Source of the DNA: Desulfomonilia bacterium
GTDB taxonomy: Bacteria > Desulfobacterota > Desulfomonilia > UBA1062
DNA length: 64,000 nt
Direction of reading: 5' to 3'
Assembly: GCA_050014195.1 (NCBI GenBank)
Contig: JBEKDT010000020.1
Location: forward strand, 24,006-88,005
Part shown: positions 1-10,276 of the stretch, in pieces
Numbering within the stretch: the stretch's first letter is position 1
How the letters are laid out: the number at the start of each line of letters is the position of its first letter
The notes under the pieces: generated by a model
The model's database searches: none
Seen by the model: the letters and a program-made list of their open reading frames with translations, nothing else
Told to the model about the DNA's origin: nothing
Position numbers and translations under genes: made by a program

Positions 1-1
1 C

Positions 2-226
2 GATCTGATCCCTTCGTTCATCAGGTCTGCAAACACATTCTTCGAAACCGATGCAGAGCGCTTCAAGACAAAGCCCATCACGGGAAAGGAGGTGAAATCG
101 TACTACCTGGAAGATGCATTCATATTCGAGCTTTTTCTTGTTGTCAGGAAGCTGGACCGCTTTATCAGCACGCGCATCCTCCACAAACCATACCCATACA
201 TACTCCCGGGGAAGATTAAACGTTAG
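2..226 (+). CDS. 3' end of a partial CDS, DUF6206-like hypothetical protein
   Basis: Open frame from the window edge to TAG at 224-226; C-terminus ...YYLEDAFIFELFLVVRKLDRFISTRILHKPYPYILPGKIKR resembles DUF6206 C-termini as I recall them. Confidence 0.55.
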   Translation, partial: DLIPSFIRSANTFFETDAERFKTKPITGKEVKSYYLEDAFIFELFLVVRKLDRFISTRILHKPYPYILPGKIKR

Positions 227-308
227 TTTTTCATGAACCCCTGTTTTTGGGTTCTCTCTGTGAAGCATACTTTTATAGTTTGCATCCTTTTTACTGCCCA
301 TTGTTCTT

Positions 309-434
309 ACCACGAAGGACACGAAGAGCACGAAGATGATCATAGAAAATCAGAACGGACACTCGTGGATCTCTTGCCTCAGTCGGAGATTTCAAGAGGA
401 TTCTTTTCTTCGTGTCCTTCGTGCTCTTCGTGGT
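309..434. repeat. Inverted-repeat element built from 9-bp CACGAAG(AG/GA) units
   Basis: ACCACGAAGGACACGAAGAGCACGAAGA at 309-336; 407-434 reverse-complements to ACCACGAAGAGCACGAAGGACACGAAGA. Confidence 0.85.
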
Positions 435-563
435 GCAGTCTTCCTCTGCGTACTCCTTAATCATCCAAGTATGCATTACTGTGATGAACCTGTTTTACCT
501 TTGGTATAGATTCATTGAGGGATTGATGGAGCCGATGAGCACTTAAGAAACATGGAGCACGGG

Positions 564-1649
564 CTAGTTCAACCCGTATACACGCTTGGCCTTGAACCTG
601 AAATAGCCGGCCTTCTCCTCGCCGGCCACTGTGGCTGCATCATTGCCGAAATATTTCCGCCTCAGTTCGTCGAGCAAGCTATCACGGGCCACACCTTGAA
701 CCGAATCAACGATCTTCTGCCGCTCTTTCATATACATGAGGCCCTTTTCCCAACGTTCGTCACGGACCTTTTCAAGGGCATCCCCTTGTGCAATGGTACC
801 CTCATCCATCCCCAAGGACCGGCGGACGGTCTTCAGGCTCTGTCTCCGCTCCTGGGGCTGCATCTTCTTAAGATCGGCCTGGACGCTCTCCAGGTTTAAA
901 AAGCGATTCAAGAGCTCCTGCTGATGGTTTTGTATAAAGGGATCTGCATCTGAAGCATATTCCTGCCGGATGGTGTCCTCGAAAAAAGCCAGCTTATCTT
1001 TCAGTGAGGAATTCTTTACCTTGTTTAACCCTGAAAGGACCTGATTGATTATTTTTGTCTTCTGGTCGTCCGCCCAAATTTTCTCCGCATCAATACCGAA
1101 GATCTCGCGGCGCTTGCTCCAGACAATACTTTCTTTCTCCTTCTTGCTCTTAGAAAACAGCGGATCCCACACCCCCTGGAGCCATGTCTCATAACGCTCA
1201 AGGTTATCAGACATCTTTAAAAGCCGCTCGGTGTTATCAGGGAACACCAATCCGATGGCCTCTGCAGTCTTCTCATGAAAGTTCTCAGGGTATTGGGGTT
1301 CCAGGATTCGCTGGATCTCTTCAATGGCCCGAACCTGAACCTTGGGGCTGCTCAGGTCTTTGCCGTATCTGCTGCGCAGGTGTGAGATCAGTTCCCTGTC
1401 GAGCTCCAATTTGCCGTCATGTTCAGTAACCCGTGCCCTATAGCCTGCAACGCCCTTGGAACCGCCACCCGAGAAAATAGAAACGACAGCATTTTTTATA
1501 GCTGAACCCGGATGAAACAAGGCGGACTCGGAATTGAAAGACATGATGGCAGCAAGCTGCATGGCTATCCCGGCAAATACACTCACCACCAGGATCGCCG
1601 TAAGGACCCTCCAGAGTTGGAACTTGTCGCTCTCTTTCACCTTGTCCAT
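564..1649 (-). CDS. Membrane-anchored helical hypothetical protein (possibly lipase-chaperone-like)
   Basis: Long ORF; N-terminal TM segment VLTAILVVSVFAGIAMQLAAIM; charged helical remainder ending LDELRRKYFG...RVYGLN; ATG at 1649 preferred to TTG at 1682. Confidence 0.65.
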   Translation of the reverse strand: MDKVKESDKFQLWRVLTAILVVSVFAGIAMQLAAIMSFNSESALFHPGSAIKNAVVSIFSGGGSKGVAGYRARVTEHDGKLELDRELISHLRSRYGKDLSSPKVQVRAIEEIQRILEPQYPENFHEKTAEAIGLVFPDNTERLLKMSDNLERYETWLQGVWDPLFSKSKKEKESIVWSKRREIFGIDAEKIWADDQKTKIINQVLSGLNKVKNSSLKDKLAFFEDTIRQEYASDADPFIQNHQQELLNRFLNLESVQADLKKMQPQERRQSLKTVRRSLGMDEGTIAQGDALEKVRDERWEKGLMYMKERQKIVDSVQGVARDSLLDELRRKYFGNDAATVAGEEKAGYFRFKAKRVYGLN

Positions 1650-1757
1650 ATCTGATCCCTTGATCGGCAAAATGTCAAGCAAAGGACAGAGGAAAAGATG
1701 TAAAGGAGAGATATGGAGCTCATCAAAAAAACTGTCAGAAGCACGGACGGTCTTTTA

Positions 1758-2231
1758 TCATGCTAAAATGGAATCAACCTTTGCATTCCTTAATCTTGCA
1801 AGGAATTCACTCACATTTGGTGTGTCTTCTTCAGGCGACCACGCAGCAAACTCTGATGATCGAGCATCGTATGGGCCTTGCTTCGTCTCGAAAAATACCG
1901 ATCCATCAGCCATGGGGACCCAGGAATGCCATATATTGGGCTGTATTTCAAACCCTATTATATCCTCACCGGGACCGATAGAGGCACGTTCGATTACCCG
2001 ACCCGCATCATCAAACACTATGACATCAAAGAGACCTCGAATGACAAGGACAAACTCCCACTTCTCGGGATGCCGATGCGGACGGAAATATGATTCCAGA
2101 GCGGAGGCTATGAATAATCTCTGGACCGGATCAGACAGTGATTCATGTATATTGTAATTGATGCGCTGCCTGGCATTCGCGCCCGCCCGAACAATGAGCT
2201 CATCGATCAAATTGGATGTGATCTGTTTCAT
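1758..2231 (-). CDS. WbuC-family cupin-fold metalloprotein
   Basis: RQRINYNIH, PHRHPEKWE, WHSW and FETKQGPYD motifs. Confidence 0.85.
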   Translation of the reverse strand: MKQITSNLIDELIVRAGANARQRINYNIHESLSDPVQRLFIASALESYFRPHRHPEKWEFVLVIRGLFDVIVFDDAGRVIERASIGPGEDIIGFEIQPNIWHSWVPMADGSVFFETKQGPYDARSSEFAAWSPEEDTPNVSEFLARLRNAKVDSILA

Positions 2232-2347
2232 ACCGGTCACTGCGTCTTCAGCATCTCCCAATACTTCTCGTATGTCACGATGGCGTCGCCCACGTCAGTC
2301 TGGAACTCACCAGATAACGATGCCTAAAACTTAAAACCTCAAACCCA

Positions 2348-3262
2348 TTATTTCACGGTCTTCATCACCTCAAGAGCCTCCTTATAGTCCGGGATTCCCG
2401 CCCTGCCTCCATACTCCCTGCAGGAGAGGCTTGCCACGGTGACGGCAAAGCGCACTGCTTGGTGAAGGTCATACCCCCTGCTGACGGCCAGGGCAAATGC
2501 ACCATGGAAGTTGTCACCCGCACCGGTAGTGTCTCTGACCTGGACCTTGGGAGGATGCACTTGAACCAGGCTCTCTCCATTAAGGTAATATGAGCCGTAT
2601 TCGCCGTCCGTCACGATGAGGCGGCCTTTAAGCATGCCTGCCAGAGAAATTATCTTCTTATGTTTTGATGGCCTGTTTACGGAAGATCCTATTGAATCAA
2701 GAAAACCGTAATGCGGTACAAAATAATCAGCCAAGCCCATCATGTCCTCAAGACCCGGCCGGTTTCGCTCGCAGTCGTAGACCACGGGCGGCAGACCTTT
2801 CATCTTCATCAGGGGCCCAGCCAAGTTCGTGGCCTGGGGCCCAAACAGGATCACCCCTGCATGCGAAAGGAGATCGGACAGGACATGATTCAGCTCGATG
2901 ACCGGGAGCGTACCGGACTCATAGACTATGGTCCTTCTGCCGCTTGAGCCGGTGATGAGGACATATGCATAGGGTGTGCGTCCCCCTGCAATGACATTCA
3001 CGTGGGTGGTGTCCACACCGAAATCGTTGAGCCTCTTGAGGCAGAACAGGCCCTCCTCATCATCACCCAGACATCCCACATAGGCCGCCCTTCCCCCGAG
3101 CCGTGCCACGCAGCAGGCGGCAGTGGCGCCTTGGCCGCCGCCCTCCACGAGCCTCATGGACATGGGCACCTTGGCATCTTCATCCGGGTATTGATCAACT
3201 ATGCACAGGTGGTCCATGCATGCCCTGCCCACAATAACGACCTCAAATTCATTCTTTCCCAT
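2348..3262 (-). CDS. PfkB-family carbohydrate kinase
   Basis: GGGQGATAA N-terminal signature and DTTGAGDNFHGAF C-terminal signature. Confidence 0.9.
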   Translation of the reverse strand: MGKNEFEVVIVGRACMDHLCIVDQYPDEDAKVPMSMRLVEGGGQGATAACCVARLGGRAAYVGCLGDDEEGLFCLKRLNDFGVDTTHVNVIAGGRTPYAYVLITGSSGRRTIVYESGTLPVIELNHVLSDLLSHAGVILFGPQATNLAGPLMKMKGLPPVVYDCERNRPGLEDMMGLADYFVPHYGFLDSIGSSVNRPSKHKKIISLAGMLKGRLIVTDGEYGSYYLNGESLVQVHPPKVQVRDTTGAGDNFHGAFALAVSRGYDLHQAVRFAVTVASLSCREYGGRAGIPDYKEALEVMKTVK

Positions 3263-3404
3263 GGAGACTGCTCCTGTCCTTCCCGGTCATGGCATCATAC
3301 CACTATCTGCATCTCGTCACCAGTGGGGGGGAACATCCGGAACCCAATTTTATCAGCTATGAGATGCCCTCATCCTTGACTATTGGATGAAAAAAGACCG
3401 GCTC

Positions 3405-4886
3405 TCATAAAGACAATCGGTGCGAGGACACCCGGAGGGGTTGCTCCATCTCATCACTCCTGCCGGTATAAAACCACTTGGGGAAATTGAAAAATGATGT
3501 GATGGACTTGGGCAGCAAGAGCGCCGCCTGGAGGAAGGCCTCGAGGTCGGGTACGTTGTAGATATTAACATCATATCCCCAGTTCTGCAGCTGGATGATA
3601 ATCCTTCTGCTTGAAGGTGTGTTCCAGTTCACGGAAAAGCGGTCGATTCCCCAATGTGCAAGCATACCAAGATATTTTCTTGCCTCCGGAGGAGATTCTT
3701 TCATCATCTGGGAAAGGCTATCCACCGGGCATTGCTTGATGGCCTTAGGGAATGTATCCAGGATGAGCTGTAAGCCCCCTCTGCGCATTTCTTCCATGTT
3801 GATGGTAAACCAGATCTTTTCATCAGTGAACCCGGACGCTTTCAGTAACTCGAGAACCCTGCCGGTCATTCCCGGGTCCTTAAGATCGAGCTTCACTCCC
3901 CTGCCGGCATCACCAAGGATATAGAGAAAATCGTCCAGCCGCGCAGGATTCTCATCCGGAGCCGGCGGCATTTCCGCATAGGGTTTTCTCCGCAAGATAA
4001 GATCCTGGCTGTTTATATGCTGACGGACATGGAGCTCGGCCCACTGCACGGATGAGATAAGAAACTGCCGCAGAATAGACTCGTCATCCACCCCGTGCCA
4101 GACAAACTCGATGTGCTCGGGTAGTTGCTGGCGGCTGATAAGATCCGTAAGATCAAAAAAATTTCTTCTCATTACATTATTCCCTGCACGAGCAGGGGAG
4201 GATTTGATAATGATGTCGGCATGGAGCAGGAGCATCTCACTTGCAGGATCACTTGTGGCTATTGCCTCAAGATTTTCCGGCTCGTTATCGATCACGGCAA
4301 CAATGCGATAACCGAGATCCTTAAAGTGCCTGATACCGTCTAGTTTGCCTTGAGGTATGGGGAGTCCGTTGTTCATGGAGAGCAGCGCATCATCGAACTT
4401 TACATGATATTCCTCGCCCAGGGTGTTTAATATCCTCAACGTATCTGTACGGAGAGACTCTGAACGTGAAGAGTTCAATCCTACGAAGGTATTCGGCTGC
4501 AACTGGAACCACCTGATTACATCCAGCACCCCGTGAAAAGGTTTGTGTGAACTTAAGATTGCCGCACGGGACCAGTAATTTTCTTTGCACCATGCAGCGA
4601 TTCCCTCACGGGAGGCTGCCGGGATGGCAAATTCCCTCAGTATCGTGCCTATATCATGAGCAGGCATTGTGATGTCATCGTAACCCAGATTTGTGAAAAA
4701 CCGTGTTCCATGATCATGGTCATAGTCTTTCAGTACGGAAACGATTATATGGCGCACATCAAAGATCGTACCGTCAATATCGAAGACGATCATGAGCTTA
4801 TCATCGGGGTGTGACGCCCTCATGGCCTCATAGTGGAATGCAAGATCGCGCATCCAGCCTATATTCTTTCTCGTATTCATCTGCAT
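3405..4886 (-). CDS. HAD-like hydrolase fused to a FAM151/DUF2181 (GDPD-like TIM barrel) domain
   Basis: N-terminal FDIDGT, NSSR and IDNEPEN motifs; C-terminal WHGVDD...WAELHV...RLDDFL...GVKLDLK. Confidence 0.7.
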   Translation of the reverse strand: MQMNTRKNIGWMRDLAFHYEAMRASHPDDKLMIVFDIDGTIFDVRHIIVSVLKDYDHDHGTRFFTNLGYDDITMPAHDIGTILREFAIPAASREGIAAWCKENYWSRAAILSSHKPFHGVLDVIRWFQLQPNTFVGLNSSRSESLRTDTLRILNTLGEEYHVKFDDALLSMNNGLPIPQGKLDGIRHFKDLGYRIVAVIDNEPENLEAIATSDPASEMLLLHADIIIKSSPARAGNNVMRRNFFDLTDLISRQQLPEHIEFVWHGVDDESILRQFLISSVQWAELHVRQHINSQDLILRRKPYAEMPPAPDENPARLDDFLYILGDAGRGVKLDLKDPGMTGRVLELLKASGFTDEKIWFTINMEEMRRGGLQLILDTFPKAIKQCPVDSLSQMMKESPPEARKYLGMLAHWGIDRFSVNWNTPSSRRIIIQLQNWGYDVNIYNVPDLEAFLQAALLLPKSITSFFNFPKWFYTGRSDEMEQPLRVSSHRLSL

Positions 4887-4914
4887 GCCCCCTCCATACG
4901 GAATAGGTCCGATG

Positions 4915-5121
4915 CTATCCTCTCATGAATGTATCAGTATGCATTGCCTTGTTTCTTCGAACCGTTATGAGTCTTCTCTTCTTGGTGAAAAGGTATCTGA
5001 AGATCCTCTCGATGACCGAGTTGTATCCATAAATCTTTCTCGTCCGAAGGATGAAGAAAATCCTTGATGCCCCCCTGGTAAATCCGCCCAGCACATTGTA
5101 TGAGGATTTTACATTTTTCAT
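4915..5121 (-). CDS. Small basic hypothetical protein (68 aa)
   Basis: GGAGG RBS just upstream of ATG; co-oriented directly upstream of the HAD fusion. Confidence 0.35.
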   Translation of the reverse strand: MKNVKSSYNVLGGFTRGASRIFFILRTRKIYGYNSVIERIFRYLFTKKRRLITVRRNKAMHTDTFMRG

Positions 5122-5534
5122 ACTACCTCCGCTGTTCTTTTCGGAAGAATACGCTATGATTATTAATCAGAAAATAAATTTCATGACCTTATGTGAATCG
5201 AATATATTCCGGCACAGGATAATTTCTAAAAACCATGATGATGCCCAGAGCTGTTCCGCAAACAGTCAACACAGCTAATTATCCGATATCTCATGCAATT
5301 TCTAATAAAGTCATATTGACAAGTCTCGAGAGAGGAACTTTACAGCTCGACAGACAGGGCAAGGAGGGAATACATTAAAAAATCCCTGGACGATAACGAC
5401 GCCATCTACTGGCAGGCATGAGGCAGCGGTATAAAAGCCGCCTGCATTCCTTAAAAGATCTTCCTGTTTACCCCTTAAGAAGATTCCATACCTGTTACAA
5501 GTGCACTTTCAATGTTTTTTAGACCTCTCTTTAT

Positions 5535-6578
5535 TTATCTCCCCTGTACATCTTCAACAGGTACCACGCGGATCTCAATGCGTTCGACCCTGCGAATGAT
5601 GGTAAGAATAATCTCTTCACCAATGGGCCATTCCGAGAGGAACCGATGGAGGTCGTCCACGCTTGAGACCCCCGTGTCGTGCACCGCAACAATGAAATCG
5701 CCCATGTGGATGCCTGCCTTTGCCGCCGGGGAGTCCCTTTCTACCGAGAGAACCTCGATGGCAAAGTTGCTCTTAAGGTTATGATACCTCATGAGCCTGC
5801 GATTCAGGGGCCGCTGCCGTCCTGAGATACCCAGGAAGCCCCTTCGTACCCTGCCGTGGGTGAGCAGTTGTGAAACAACCCACCTGGCCATGTTTGCCGG
5901 CACGGCAAACCCGATTCCCTGGGCCATGAAGATGATAGCCGTATTAATGCCCATTACATTACCCGCCGAATCCACCAAAGGCCCGCCTGAATTTCCCGGG
6001 TTCAGGGGGGCTGTGTGCTGGATGATGTTCTCAATGAGCCTGCCGTCCCTGCTCCTGAGAGCCCTGCCAAGTGCGCTCACCACTCCGGTTGAGACCGTGG
6101 ACTGGAATCCGAAGGGATTGCCTATGGCAATCACCAGCTGCCCGGGTTTGAGCTGACCAGAATCACCAAGCTCAGAGTATTCAAGGGAGGATGCATTGGC
6201 CCCGATAACCGCCAGGTCGGTGGCAGGGTCTGTACCTATAGTGGAGGCCGCCATGGTGCTCCCATCGGTAAACGTTACACGGAGCTGTTTTGCGCCGTGT
6301 ACTACATGATCATTGGTGAGGATGTAGCCATCCGGGGTAAAGATTACACCGGAACCTGCAGCCGATTGCTCGGGGTCATCCTTATGCTGCTGATGATTTC
6401 CGCTATGGATGCTGACCACCGAAGGGCTCACCTTTTCAACAACCGAGATAACAGCCTTGGAATAAGCATCCAGGAGCTCCGCATCTCTAGTTTGTCCTGC
6501 AGCCGGGGTTATTGCCTGGGCATGTCCGGGGGCCTTATCGCTAATAAATTTCAACGCATTCTCAGATCTCGTTTTCAT
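5535..6578 (-). CDS. HtrA/DegP-family trypsin-like serine protease with one PDZ domain
   Basis: GSGVI, LTNDHVV, DLAV and NPGNSGGPL catalytic motifs; C-terminal PDZ (SPAAKAGI..GD). Confidence 0.92.
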   Translation of the reverse strand: MKTRSENALKFISDKAPGHAQAITPAAGQTRDAELLDAYSKAVISVVEKVSPSVVSIHSGNHQQHKDDPEQSAAGSGVIFTPDGYILTNDHVVHGAKQLRVTFTDGSTMAASTIGTDPATDLAVIGANASSLEYSELGDSGQLKPGQLVIAIGNPFGFQSTVSTGVVSALGRALRSRDGRLIENIIQHTAPLNPGNSGGPLVDSAGNVMGINTAIIFMAQGIGFAVPANMARWVVSQLLTHGRVRRGFLGISGRQRPLNRRLMRYHNLKSNFAIEVLSVERDSPAAKAGIHMGDFIVAVHDTGVSSVDDLHRFLSEWPIGEEIILTIIRRVERIEIRVVPVEDVQGR

Positions 6579-6724
6579 GGCCTTTACCCATCACTTGACA
6601 CACTATTAACTCCAGTATGACAAACATATTGGTACAAATGCTTAATAACTATTCTTCTATAGGGTCTTATGCTGCGGATTCAATGGCAGGACTTATCTTG
6701 AGTTCAGTTCGATTGGCTGAACGA

Positions 6725-6762
6725 GAAGAAGCTCCCCGTCCATGGATGCGGGGAGCTTCTTC
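6725..6762. terminator. Stem-loop downstream of the substrate-binding protein gene
   Basis: 14-bp perfect stem GAAGAAGCTCCCCG/CGGGGAGCTTCTTC. Confidence 0.6.
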
Positions 6763-6790
6763 CTTACCGCATATTCTCTTAATCGTTCAT

Positions 6791-7807
6791 TTACTTGGCA
6801 GGTTTTGCGATCTGGAGGATCTCCATGGGGAACTGGATATCTAAGGCTTTCATCCGTTCGGTATCCACCATGATCTTGAGGTCCTCCTGCTTGAGGATAG
6901 GCAGCATCTCAGGTTTCTTGCCTTCTTTAAGTATCTTCAGCGCGTTTTGCCCCCCAAGTTCACCCACCGTATCAAAGTCAGTGCCTACTGAGAGCACAGC
7001 TCCTTTTGTGTGCTGGAACACAAAACTGATGATCGGCATCTTGTTGGCCCTGCAGAATTCATCAAGGTCATTAACGTTCTGGTAATTCTTGATGCCATAG
7101 TAGGTATCGAGCGGGATTGCATAAGCCTCAGCACCCTGGTCTTTGAGTGCCTTTATGGCTGGTTTTATACTATCCTTTTTGCTCACTTGTTTTGATATGA
7201 CGGTCATACCAAAGCCAGGGGCATTTTTCTTGGCATCCTGCACATGGGCGATGCCGTTTTCATCCTCACTGCTCACCATGCCGATGGTCTTGAGGTTGGG
7301 GAATGCAGCCTTGACTATTTTCAGAGCGCTCTTCATATCAAAATAGAGCGTAGCGCCGGTAACACCAGGGCCTCCATTGGCAAGAGAAGGACACCCCGCA
7401 GCTTGGGGAATCGCCACGGCTATGAAAACAAGGGGGATGCCTGCAGAGGTGATCTTGTCCCGGGCATACTTGGTTGCAGGTGTACCGATGGTGACGGCAA
7501 GATCGGGCTTTGCAGAGGCAATACGGGATGCCTCGGATTTGATCTTAAAAAGAACACCCATCTTGTCCAGAAAACCGCCGCCCTCAACGTTGTAGTCAAT
7601 GATGACACGGTTGACCTTGAGGTTCTTTCCCTGGACAATACCGTCTTTTTTCAAGGTGTCGAGGAATCCATCATATGCTATCTGGAATGCTTCGATCTTG
7701 GCCACCTGGAGGACCTCAATCCTGTAAACCTTTTCTTCAGCGGAACAGGGAACAGAGAGTACAGCGAAGGTAAACAGCATGACGATAAAAGCACCGATCT
7801 TTTTCAT
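6791..7807 (-). CDS. ABC transporter substrate-binding protein (ABC_sub_bind type), orphan
   Basis: Signal peptide; PDLAVTIGTPA, IPLVF and KTIGMV motifs. Confidence 0.8.
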   Translation of the reverse strand: MKKIGAFIVMLFTFAVLSVPCSAEEKVYRIEVLQVAKIEAFQIAYDGFLDTLKKDGIVQGKNLKVNRVIIDYNVEGGGFLDKMGVLFKIKSEASRIASAKPDLAVTIGTPATKYARDKITSAGIPLVFIAVAIPQAAGCPSLANGGPGVTGATLYFDMKSALKIVKAAFPNLKTIGMVSSEDENGIAHVQDAKKNAPGFGMTVISKQVSKKDSIKPAIKALKDQGAEAYAIPLDTYYGIKNYQNVNDLDEFCRANKMPIISFVFQHTKGAVLSVGTDFDTVGELGGQNALKILKEGKKPEMLPILKQEDLKIMVDTERMKALDIQFPMEILQIAKPAK

Positions 7808-8066
7808 TAAACATACCTCCTTATCTTATCTTTTTCAGTACATGTATCAAGGATACTACAAACCTGCTTATAAATATAATGTTAATGTATATTGATTTTT
7901 AAAATCCAGTACCATGCTTAATGTTTTTTCGATGTAATCACCTATTTGCATTTATTTCATATTTAGTTATCAGTTGCGAGATAAAATGAGAAAAGCCAAT
8001 GGATCGTCCCTTGCGTCAAGTCCTGTTCTTGGTTATCCTCATGAGAAGAATGGGATGGAGGGGGTC

Positions 8067-8732
8067 ATGGATACACGTACCATAGGCGCTTTTTTCGACT
8101 TCGATAAAACCCTCATCGACGTGGACAGTCCAAGCCTCGGGATCCGCTACCTGTGGGAGCACCGGCTGATCTCTTTTGCCTACATCCTTAAGGTCATGTC
8201 GTTCAATTTCTTCTATCAACGGCATCTCATCTCGGATGATTTCATGGCAAGGGTTCTTATCAGCTTCTATCGCGACAAGCCGTTTGCACAGTTTGAGGCC
8301 GGTTCTCAAGAATATTATGAAGAGGTCATCAGGCCTCACCTTGCCCCGAAAATCGTGTCACGTGCCATGGAGCACAAAGACAAGGGGCACATCCTCGTTC
8401 TCATCTCCGCAGGGCTCAGGTACCTCCTCAAGCCCGTGGCTTCAGACCTGGGGTTCGACCATCTCGTGTGCACCGATCTGGAGGTGAGGCCCGACGGCGT
8501 TCTCACAGGCAGGACCGTGGGGCCGGTCTGCACGGACAACCGCAAGAGGGAACTCGCAAAGAAGCTGGCGGATGAAGTCGGTATGGACCTCGCAATATCC
8601 TATGCCTACGGTAACCACCAGGCAGACATCCCTTTACTGGAGCTCGTAGGCCATGCCTTTGCCGTAGAGCCTACGGAGCAGCTCAGGAAGACGGCAATAG
8701 AGCGGGGATGGCCGGTCCTGAGTTTTCGGTAG
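8067..8732 (+). CDS. HAD-IB family hydrolase (SerB-like)
   Basis: FFDFDKTL, LISAG and AYGNHQADIPLLELVG; start at ATG 8067 after GGAGGGG. Confidence 0.88.
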   Translation: MDTRTIGAFFDFDKTLIDVDSPSLGIRYLWEHRLISFAYILKVMSFNFFYQRHLISDDFMARVLISFYRDKPFAQFEAGSQEYYEEVIRPHLAPKIVSRAMEHKDKGHILVLISAGLRYLLKPVASDLGFDHLVCTDLEVRPDGVLTGRTVGPVCTDNRKRELAKKLADEVGMDLAISYAYGNHQADIPLLELVGHAFAVEPTEQLRKTAIERGWPVLSFR

Positions 8733-8753
8733 TCGGTAGCCGGTAGTCGATAG
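8726..8753. repeat. Heptamer tandem repeat (YCGRTAG)x4
   Basis: TCGGTAG TCGGTAG CCGGTAG TCGATAG. Confidence 0.6.
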
Positions 8754-8916
8754 CCCTTGATTTCATGGGGGACGGGGCTATTATTCATCAATACTGTTTT
8801 TCAATAGAGTGAACTATCCTGAACATCACGTTCATCAGCCGGTGAATCATTGATCCTGACTAGACAGTTGTCCTGTTACATTTTTTTTGAAAAGCCAGGA
8901 AGGGGGTTAAAAAATC

Positions 8917-9855
8917 ATGCTGGAATCAACAAAAAATAATAGCAAGCTGTTCGGCAAGGATAAGGATACCTTGGGAAAAGTACTTGAAGGGTACATCTAT
9001 GGGAGGTGGCCGACCCTTTGTATTTATCATACGCGTACCCTGGTGAACAAGTTCCTTCCGGATCCCGGAGTCATCCCCCGCTATCCCGAAGAGATGATCC
9101 CTCCTGAGATAGATGAGCTGGCCCAGCTGGTGGTTGAAAGGATGCTGCCCACCCTTCTGAGCACGGAAACGAGCGGTTACCACGGCAAGGCCATGAAACT
9201 GGATGAAGCAAAGGCCCTCTTGAGCATTGAGACGGACATATCCCTGACCAACCTGGAAAGGGTGATCCCCTACAAGCATGCCCGGGATATCATTTTGAAG
9301 AACCCGGACCGGATCGCGGTAATCGACTGTCCCTGCAGGTCATCCAAGGAAAACCCTTGTGAGCCCCTGGATGTCTGCCTGGCCGTTGGTGATCCTGGCG
9401 CAAGTTTCATGCTCGAGCACAAGACCAATAATGCCCGCAAGATCAGCCAGGATGAGGCGGTCGCCATTGTAAAGGCAGAGGACGATCGGGGTCATATCCA
9501 CAGCGCATGGTTCAAAGACTCCTTCGGAGATAGATTATTTGCCGTCTGTAATTGCTGCAAGTGCTGCTGCAATGGCATGAAAGCACATTTCAACCACGTA
9601 CCGTCAATCGCCCCTTCCGGGTATGTCTCTGAAATCAACGAGGAGTGCAACGGCTGCGGCGCCTGTGTCGGGTATTGTCAGTTCGGAGCCATCAGCATGA
9701 CGGATGATCGGGCTCGGGTAAGCCTTGAAACATGCATGGGCTGCGGGGTATGTGAATCAAAGTGTCCCGCCCAGGCCATAAGCCTGAAGAGAGATCCTGC
9801 CAGGTGCGAGCCATTGGATATGAGGATGCTCATTGCACAGAATCACGCGGTCTGA
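8917..9855 (+). CDS. 4Fe-4S dicluster-binding protein
   Basis: CPCR and CNCCKCCC, plus CNGCGACVGYC and CMGCGVCESKCP ferredoxin motifs. Confidence 0.88.
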   Translation: MLESTKNNSKLFGKDKDTLGKVLEGYIYGRWPTLCIYHTRTLVNKFLPDPGVIPRYPEEMIPPEIDELAQLVVERMLPTLLSTETSGYHGKAMKLDEAKALLSIETDISLTNLERVIPYKHARDIILKNPDRIAVIDCPCRSSKENPCEPLDVCLAVGDPGASFMLEHKTNNARKISQDEAVAIVKAEDDRGHIHSAWFKDSFGDRLFAVCNCCKCCCNGMKAHFNHVPSIAPSGYVSEINEECNGCGACVGYCQFGAISMTDDRARVSLETCMGCGVCESKCPAQAISLKRDPARCEPLDMRMLIAQNHAV

Positions 9856-9876
9856 AGGGCAATGTTCCGTGGGTTA

Positions 9877-9934
9877 TCGCAACGACAGGCATCACCTATG
9901 GATGTAAGCCGTCCGCTGGAGCCGTTGGTTATAC
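9877..9934 (-). other. attC site of the cupin cassette
   Basis: Minus strand GTATAAC-CAAC-GGCTCCAGC...GGTGATGCC-TGTC-GTTGCGA; GTATAAC complements the cassette start GT(A)ATAC. Confidence 0.72.
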
Positions 9935-9940
9935 ACTATA

Positions 9941-10258
9941 CTATAGATAATCCTTTCTTGGCGGACTAAAGAAGTCTAATACTTCACCAGGTTCAATGAT
10001 TTCCATGCGATGTTCTACATCACGAGGGATAGAATATGAATCACCCGGAACTATCATGTAGTCAATGTTACCAATTAATAGTCTATATTTTTCAGAGATC
10101 ACATACCCACTCTGCTCATTTGGATGCTTATGAAATGGAACATTGTCCTCTATCTTGTAAAGCATTTTAGTTACCATTGATTCTGGTCCATGCGAGAGCA
10201 GAATAAAATCAACTCCTAGAAAGCTTCTTCTCTGACCCTCGTTCGATTTAACGATCAT
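9941..10258 (-). CDS. Cupin-2 domain protein (gene cassette)
   Basis: HKHPNEQSGYV, GDSYSIP...H and LDFFSPPRKDY; AAGGAG RBS. Confidence 0.88.
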   Translation of the reverse strand: MIVKSNEGQRRSFLGVDFILLSHGPESMVTKMLYKIEDNVPFHKHPNEQSGYVISEKYRLLIGNIDYMIVPGDSYSIPRDVEHRMEIIEPGEVLDFFSPPRKDYL

Positions 10259-10276
10259 ACTGTCTCCTTGTATGGT

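Noticed and set aside
233-476. ORFs 233-460 (+) and 291-476 (-)
   Set aside because: The HEGHEEHE and TTKSTKDTK peptides are just translations of the 9-bp repeat element
5316-5452. TTGACA, an RBS-like AAGGAGG with an ATT-start 15-codon ORF, and a hairpin
   Set aside because: No well-spaced -10 and a non-canonical start; evidence too weak
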